From Macrostomum lignano (taxonomy: Eukaryota): 64,000 nt of DNA. A program made the translations under genes and the position numbers. Under the pieces are notes generated by a model. It was not told the origin of the DNA. It worked only from the letters and a program-made list of their open reading frames with translations, and searched no databases. Positions within the stretch are counted from its first letter, which is position 1, and each line of letters starts with the position of its first letter. The stretch lies in contig NIVC01000082.1 in the NCBI GenBank assembly GCA_002269645.1, forward strand, positions 248,001-312,000. Direction: 5' to 3'. This document shows positions 57,708 through 64,000 of the stretch, one piece after another.

Positions 57708-60700
57708 ATGGGAATGAAACACAATAAGTTTAGGTGGATGCAGATGAGAATACTATCGTCAATGCGTTTCATATTAACTATTTTCTCGCGAATCTGTAGC
57801 TTCAGCTCACTGTTTATGAAAAAGCAATGCCATCAAGTAAGTCTGATGGATAATAATATATTTATTTGTTTTACCAAATAGGTGAATTTTCTAGTTATTT
57901 TCTAGCCTAAGCCCTAGCTAGGCCTAAACAGACTTTTTTAAATAACTAAGACAAAAGCTTATGGCCCATCTACCTTGGGCCTATATTGAAATTATATTTT
58001 GAATTTCAATGATAAATGATAAATCTAGTAGGCCCTAGAAAGTTTCAAGTTTTTTCTTTTGACAGTTGTAGGGCCTAACTTTAAGTGCACACTTTATATG
58101 CAAGCAAGCCTTTTGAAATTTACTATAAAAGTATATAATTACTGCTCTATAAGAATAGTGTCTATATTAAACATAAAGAAATAAAGTACTGCAAAACTTT
58201 ATTAGACCAATATAAAAAATATAACAGCAATCATGATACCCAAAAAAGCATAAAAATGCTTTATAGTGAAGCACTAAATTGTTGAATAGTTATAAATGTT
58301 CTCAAACAATGTTGAATACCATACAAGTTAAAAAGATAAAAAAGGTATATAAAAAAGTATTTATTCAAAAAGTTATTCAAAAAAGTAAATTTGTAAGGGT
58401 GGACATCCATAAGATTGCCGGGTTACACAACTTTGAAGCATTTTAGAGTTTGTTCTCATATACTTTTCTAATTAGAGTGTTACTTTTGTGTAAAAACCTT
58501 AATGGTTTCATCTAAAAACATGATTTTAGTATTTAATTACAGGTCATACATGCCCAACCTCAAGATTTCATCTGTCTGGTACAACTTACTTTTGTCCAGA
58601 TTTGCAACTTCGTTCCTGTTGATTGTCACTTAGTTCCCCGGATTGTGACTTAATTTTCACTTTGTATATGACCTCTTGCCTTTTTCTCTTTTCTTCCTCT
58701 CTTTCTCTCTCCTCTTTCCTCTCTCTCCCTCTCTTGTCCCTCCATTCTTTTCCCATTCTTTTCCTCTTCTTTATTTCTTCCAACTTTTCATTTTCAATTT
58801 TGCAGCTTACCTTGGCTGGCAGCCATTTTACCCATCTAGTTCAGATAGGTTAAAGGGGTATTGGGTATGTATATTGCAGGTTACCTTCAGAAATATTTAT
58901 TTAAAAAATTGTTAAGCTTAATTTTCCTATTGTCCCATTTTTGTAGAAATACCCATATAGAATTCCAACTAATTCTTATTTATATACCATAGATAGTTAA
59001 GAAGAAGGCATTTATGTGAAAAATTTTGGGATGCAGTCATTTTGTCTTTTGTCAGTTTGTTTGCCAGCAGACAAAATGACTATTTAGTGGTAGGTATGTT
59101 AATTGTTTTTTAGCATGATTGCATAACATTATATGTATTAAATGTGTAGTTAACTAATTTGTGTATAATTTAGTTGCAGAAGTTCAAAGCAAAGGGAAAA
59201 ATTATTATAGTTTTATTATAGGTGTCACTTCTATCCTCTAAAACAATCCCAATGATGTAACCAACAATTGTAAGGCTACTTTTTCTAATTCCTACTCTAT
59301 AAATTACCTTAAGCTACCACCAAAGTTGATGTAGGGTTTACTTCTGAAATAGGTTGGGTTTCTCGGGGTGGCCTGGTAGGTCTTTGAATCCCACTGCTGC
59401 CACCAGTGTTGTACCTGTGGTTGTCCTGTTGTACAGGGCAGTGACTTGGGCTCCGTCCTCTCACTTAGAAGCCTTCTTAACTTTAGTAGCGTAGGTAGTG
59501 CTGCCACCAGTTCCTTCAGGTCTCGGCCTTCGGTGAGGTGAGCTTCCCGTCGGAACAAAATAACGAAGTCAACGAACACAGCACCTAGTGCAGAATTGCA
59601 GTTCAACGTACTAGGCGTCTCGTCAGCAGTACCTGCCGGGCTTGGATGGCGGAAGGAGGGCTGAGTTAGTCTCTCGTAGGCTGGCTTGGTCGGGTCTCAG
59701 ATAGACCAATAAGAACGGATTCAATAAACGCAGTCGGGCGCTCAGTTCAGACGCTAACGCACACGGGTCTTAGAACTCGGGAATCAAGAACTGACATTAA
59801 GCAGAAACTCCTGACAGAAACAAGGGGGAGAGAGCTCCTATTTATAGCCGGGAAACGCCCGCGCACAAGACCTCGTGACTTGTTCTATTTTTAGAACTGA
59901 CGTCACTCGAGAGTCTTGGGCAGGGTACAAGCGTGCGGAAGACCTCGTGACTTGTTCTATTTTTAGAACTGACATCACTTGAGGTCCCCGGCCAGAGTAC
60001 ACGTGGCTGTGACTCAGTTGCTATTTTTAGCAACATGAGTCACTCCTCTCCTTAGAGAAGGGAGGGGTCCGAAAGCACGTGACTCACCCGGTAAACAGGG
60101 CCAACAAGTGCAGTAAACATGTTTACTGCACTTTAAGACTCAAAGAACGCAAGAACTGTCATGTGACTTGCTCACAAGACAGGGAAAATGGGACGGGAGC
60201 GAAACAGAGACAGCCCACAGTCGAGAGACTAAGGGCTAAGAATGGAAACGCAGCAGGGCGGAAAGGACACAGGGGCAACAGGCAAGCGAAAGGAGGGTGG
60301 GAAGCTGACCAGCGGCAGACAGCAACCCAAAGGGAGGGCAAGGGAACGGCTGACAAGGGCGACGCCTAACCATAAACTAGCGGCTCACTACACTTCTATC
60401 CCTAATATAATCTTACAAACTGCTACCAAGTTGTCACAGGGCTAACTTTTCTCTATCAAAATCTCTCCAATAAATCTCTAAAGTTATACTAATAGTTCCT
60501 GATATAATACTTATACTTTTATAGATATTATACTTCTAGTAGCATATATATCTACTGGTAATACATGTATTTATCTACTGGCCTGAGTGGTCTTATGGCA
60601 CTATCTATCTTATCTTTATACTCCTCTTAACAATTTTTATTCTCTCAGTCCTAGGCATTCCTGGGATCAGAGGGTCACAGCTTACTCGCTGGGTATTCTG

Positions 60701-63553
60701 CCTGAGATGGGTTCCGTAGACTCTGAGTCTAGATTACTCTATCCTGTTGTAGGATTTCTGCCTTCTAAAGGCAATTTCTCAGATTCTAAATCTGAATGTC
60801 TCATTCTCTAAGAATGGATTGAACTCTCCCAATCTTGGGGCTATTCCTAAGTTGCTATTTACTACTCAAAATAAGTAACACAAGCAAAAACAAGCCCTGA
60901 GGCTGATTTGACTTTCATCTCACACAGACACACAAAGTAAAAGGCTTTGAATAGCTGAACTAGAACAATTTCAAAACAAGCATAACAAGTTTTATTTTTT
61001 TCCTGGCCCTCAATTGGCTTCCTTTTATAGTAAAGTTTTCTTACTGTTTTAAACAAAGCAACATATAAAAATATATGAAATATACAGAATATTTATAATA
61101 TTTGTACAGTAAAACAAAGTAATAGAGTTTTTGAATTTGAACATTTCTAAGAAAGTTAGTTTAATAAAAACGAAGCCTATTGCAGTTTGTTTACACGCTG
61201 CATGTAACATAACTTGAAGAGATGATGCTGTGTAAAAAGGCATTTTTCTAAAACTGCAAGTATTGCCTACTACAAATTATATTTTCATTAAAACTAATGT
61301 AATTTGATGTAATTGGCACATATTAAACTATTTTGTTGTAGATTCAACAGTACAGAACAATAAGATATGACATTGCGCCTTTGTCTCCACATTCCAAGCT
61401 TCGATTAAGTATGTTGTCATTGCTTTACTGTATAAATTCATAGCTATTTTAATGTTATTGAATTGGAATTGCCTAAAACCCCCTTTTTACAGGTCGAGTA
61501 AAACGAAAGATTTTGGTGCTAGATCTGGATGAGACGCTGATTCACTCGCAACATGACGGTCTAGTGCAATTGGGGACTCAATCTCGACCACCATTTGACT
61601 TTTCTGTGCAGGTCAGTTTGAATCTAAGTAAAGGCTTATCCTTGATCCTAGATTATTAATCCTGCTTGAGTATCTCAGATTTAAAACACTAGATCCTAGA
61701 TCCCAGATCCTAGATCCCAGATCCTAGGTCCCAGATCTTAGATCCCAGATCCTAGATCCCAGATCCTAGGTCCCAGATCTTAGATCCCAGATCTTAGATC
61801 CCAGATCCTAGATCCTAGATCCTAGATCCTAGATCCTAGATCCTAGATCCCAGATCCTAGATCCCAGATCCTAGATCCTAGATCCCAGATCCTAGATCCC
61901 AGATCCTAGATCCCAGATCCTAGATCCCAGATCCTAGATCCTAGATCCTAGATCCCAGATCCTAGATCCCAGATCCTAGATCCCAGATCCCAGATCCTAG
62001 ATCCCAGATCCTAGATCCTAGATCCTAGATCCCAGATCCTAGATCCCAGATCCTAGATCCCAGATCCCAGTTCCTAGATCCTAGATCCCAGATCCTAGAT
62101 CCCAGATCCCAGTTCCCAGATCCTAGATCCCAGATCCCAGTTCCCAGATCCTAGATCCCAGATCCTAGATCCCAGATCCTAGATCCCAGATCCTAGATCC
62201 CAGATCCTAGATCCCAGATCCTAGATCCCAGATCCTAGATCCCAGATCCTAGATCCCAGATCCTAGATCCTAGATCCTAGATCCCAGATCCTAGATCCCA
62301 GATCCTAGATCCCAGATCCCAGATCCTAGATCCCAGATCCTAGATCCTAGATCCTAGATCCCAGATCCTAGATCCCAGATCCTAGATCCCAGATCCCAGT
62401 TCCTAGATCCTAGATCCCAGATCCTAGATCCCAGATCCCAGTTCCCAGATCCTAGATCCCAGATCCCAGTTCCCAGATCCTAGATCCCAGATCCTAGATC
62501 CCAGATCCTAGATCCCAGATCCTAGATCCCAGATCCTAGATCCTAGATCCCAGATCCTAGATCCCAGATCCTAGATCCCAGATCCCAGATCCCAGATCCC
62601 AGATCCTAGATCCCAGATCCTAGATCCCAGATCCTAGATCCCAGATCCTAGATCCCAGATCCTAGATCCCAGATCCTAGATCCTAGATCCCAGATCCTAG
62701 ATCCCAGATCCTAGATCCCAGATCCCAAATTCTAGATCCCAGATCTCAGATCTTATATTCTAGATCTGCTTCAGTCTGCTCCGTATATTCCCACCTAATT
62801 TTCCAGGTCCGAATCGAGCGCCATAATGTACGCTTCTTTGTGCGCAAGCGGCCTCACGTTGACTTCTTTCTGGACGTTGTCAGCCAGTGGTTCGATTTGG
62901 TGATCTTTACCGCCTCGCTGCAGATCTACGGGGAGGCCGTCTCACAACGATTAGATAACGGGCGAAAGATGTTTAGCAGAGGCTACTATCGACAGGACTG
63001 CCAGGTGGACAACGGAGGCTTCACTAAAAGTTTGACCTCTATATCGCCCGATCTGAGCTCCGTGTTTATATTGGACAACTCACCTGGGGCTTATCGGCTC
63101 TTTCCAGGTGCGCCTTTGGCTGCTTGGTGACGCTTATTAAACTCCTGGCTGTGGGTCTGTCTGAGTCTACCTGCCTGTCTGCCTTAGTACCTGTCTCAGT
63201 GTCTGTCTGAGTGCCTGTCTCAGTGCCTGTCTCAGTGCCTGTCTCAGTGCCTGTCTCAGTGTCTGTCTCAGTGCCTGTCTCAGTGCCTGTCTCAGTGCCT
63301 GTCCTCGAGTTTTTCATCTAGTCCATGTTCGTCTTACCGTTTCCACGCCTCTATTGTAAGACTCAACTCTGAGACTATTGTCAGACTAATCCATTTCCTA
63401 CCCGCCTGCCCTTCAGACAACGCAATCCCCATATCGTCCTGGTTTTCGGACAGTTCGGACACGGCCCTGCTGGCCCTGCTGCCTGTGCTGGATTCGCTGC
63501 GATTCGTCAACGACGTTCGCAGCGTTCTTGGCCGCAATCTGCACAGAAGCTGA
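57708..63553 (+). CDS. CTDNEP1: CTD nuclear envelope phosphatase 1 (Dullard), ~250 aa; exons 57708-57836, 61342-61408, 61493-61611, 62807-63107, 63417-63553
   Basis: [30 protein letters not shown] (HAD DxDxT motif), [40 protein letters not shown] and [11 protein letters not shown]. Phases are consistent (753 nt). Several in-frame ATGs in exon 1 make the exact start uncertain. Confidence 0.92.
59386..60035 (-). mobile_element. LTR-retrotransposon 5' LTR with tRNA-Leu primer-binding site; internal region absent
   Basis: Minus strand reads ...TACAACA-c-TGGTGGCAGCAGTGGGATTC (59405-59386), complementary to the eukaryotic tRNA-Leu 3' end GAATCCCAC(C/T)GCTGCCACCA. CTATAAATAGG lies at ~59847 and a duplicated ~45-bp motif containing TGACGTCA at 59869-59980. 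The candidate TGTTG start is at 60035, but this boundary is uncertain. Confidence 0.75.
61690..62755. repeat. 7-bp repeat GATCC(T/C)A, CTDNEP1 intron 3
   Basis: About 150 copies of two interspersed variants. Confidence 0.96.
63188..63302. repeat. 12-bp repeat GTGCCTGTCTCA, CTDNEP1 intron 4
   Basis: About 9 copies. Confidence 0.9.
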
Positions 63554-64000
63554 GACTCAGAATCCTTCCCTATCTTCTGAGCATTGGCCACACCTTTGTC
63601 GGTATTTTGTGTTTACTCGTGTTCGTCTCCCGTGCGCTAGTGGGACCGGGTAAACAGCGGGAGTAATTAGACAAATGCCTCGTCATCTTAATAATTAGGG
63701 CATTCAACTATTTTTCTCTTGTTGCTATTGTTTGTTCCAGTAATGTATAAATTGAAGGAAACATCAATTTTTGTGATCTATTTTACATTGCTTCAATTTT
63801 AACTTAATCAGGATGTTTTATGACAGTTTTAAATTTTCTTCACATCTATATTTGCAATTGCCTGGGTCAGTGCATTTTACTGTACTGAACTGTAATAGGT
63901 TGTATTTTAGATCCTCACGGGACTGGGTGGACTTCTGGCAGCCTGGTTCATGTTGACTTTTACCCATAAACTGATAGGGCTGTGACCTCTGCATCAATCT

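Overview
Eukaryotic genomic DNA with GT-AG introns, GC-rich exons, AT-rich spacers and introns stuffed with tandem repeats. The style suggests a Macrostomum-like flatworm; this is an inference, not a database result. Seven protein-coding genes were assembled by hand with phase-consistent exons: unkempt (-, 8 exons), RASEF/Rab45-like (-, 6), an ATG-less TM plus EXD2-C-terminal-domain mini-ORF (+, 1), TMEM41A (+, 4), tryptophan hydroxylase (-, 10, with a 1-nt frameshift), Nemo-like kinase (-, 8) and CTDNEP1/Dullard (+, 5). About 27 of 35 introns carry a tandem array, nearly always with a unit private to that intron. Most long ORFs in the supplied track are translations of these arrays. Mobile DNA comprises an internally deleted RNase H-bearing non-LTR element with a 9-bp TSD inside a minisatellite, an LTR with a tRNA-Leu PBS, a foldback-like element with a nested MITE, and a second MITE. 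No rRNA, tRNA gene or CRISPR array was found. Exon coordinates were counted by hand; repeat boundaries are approximate.
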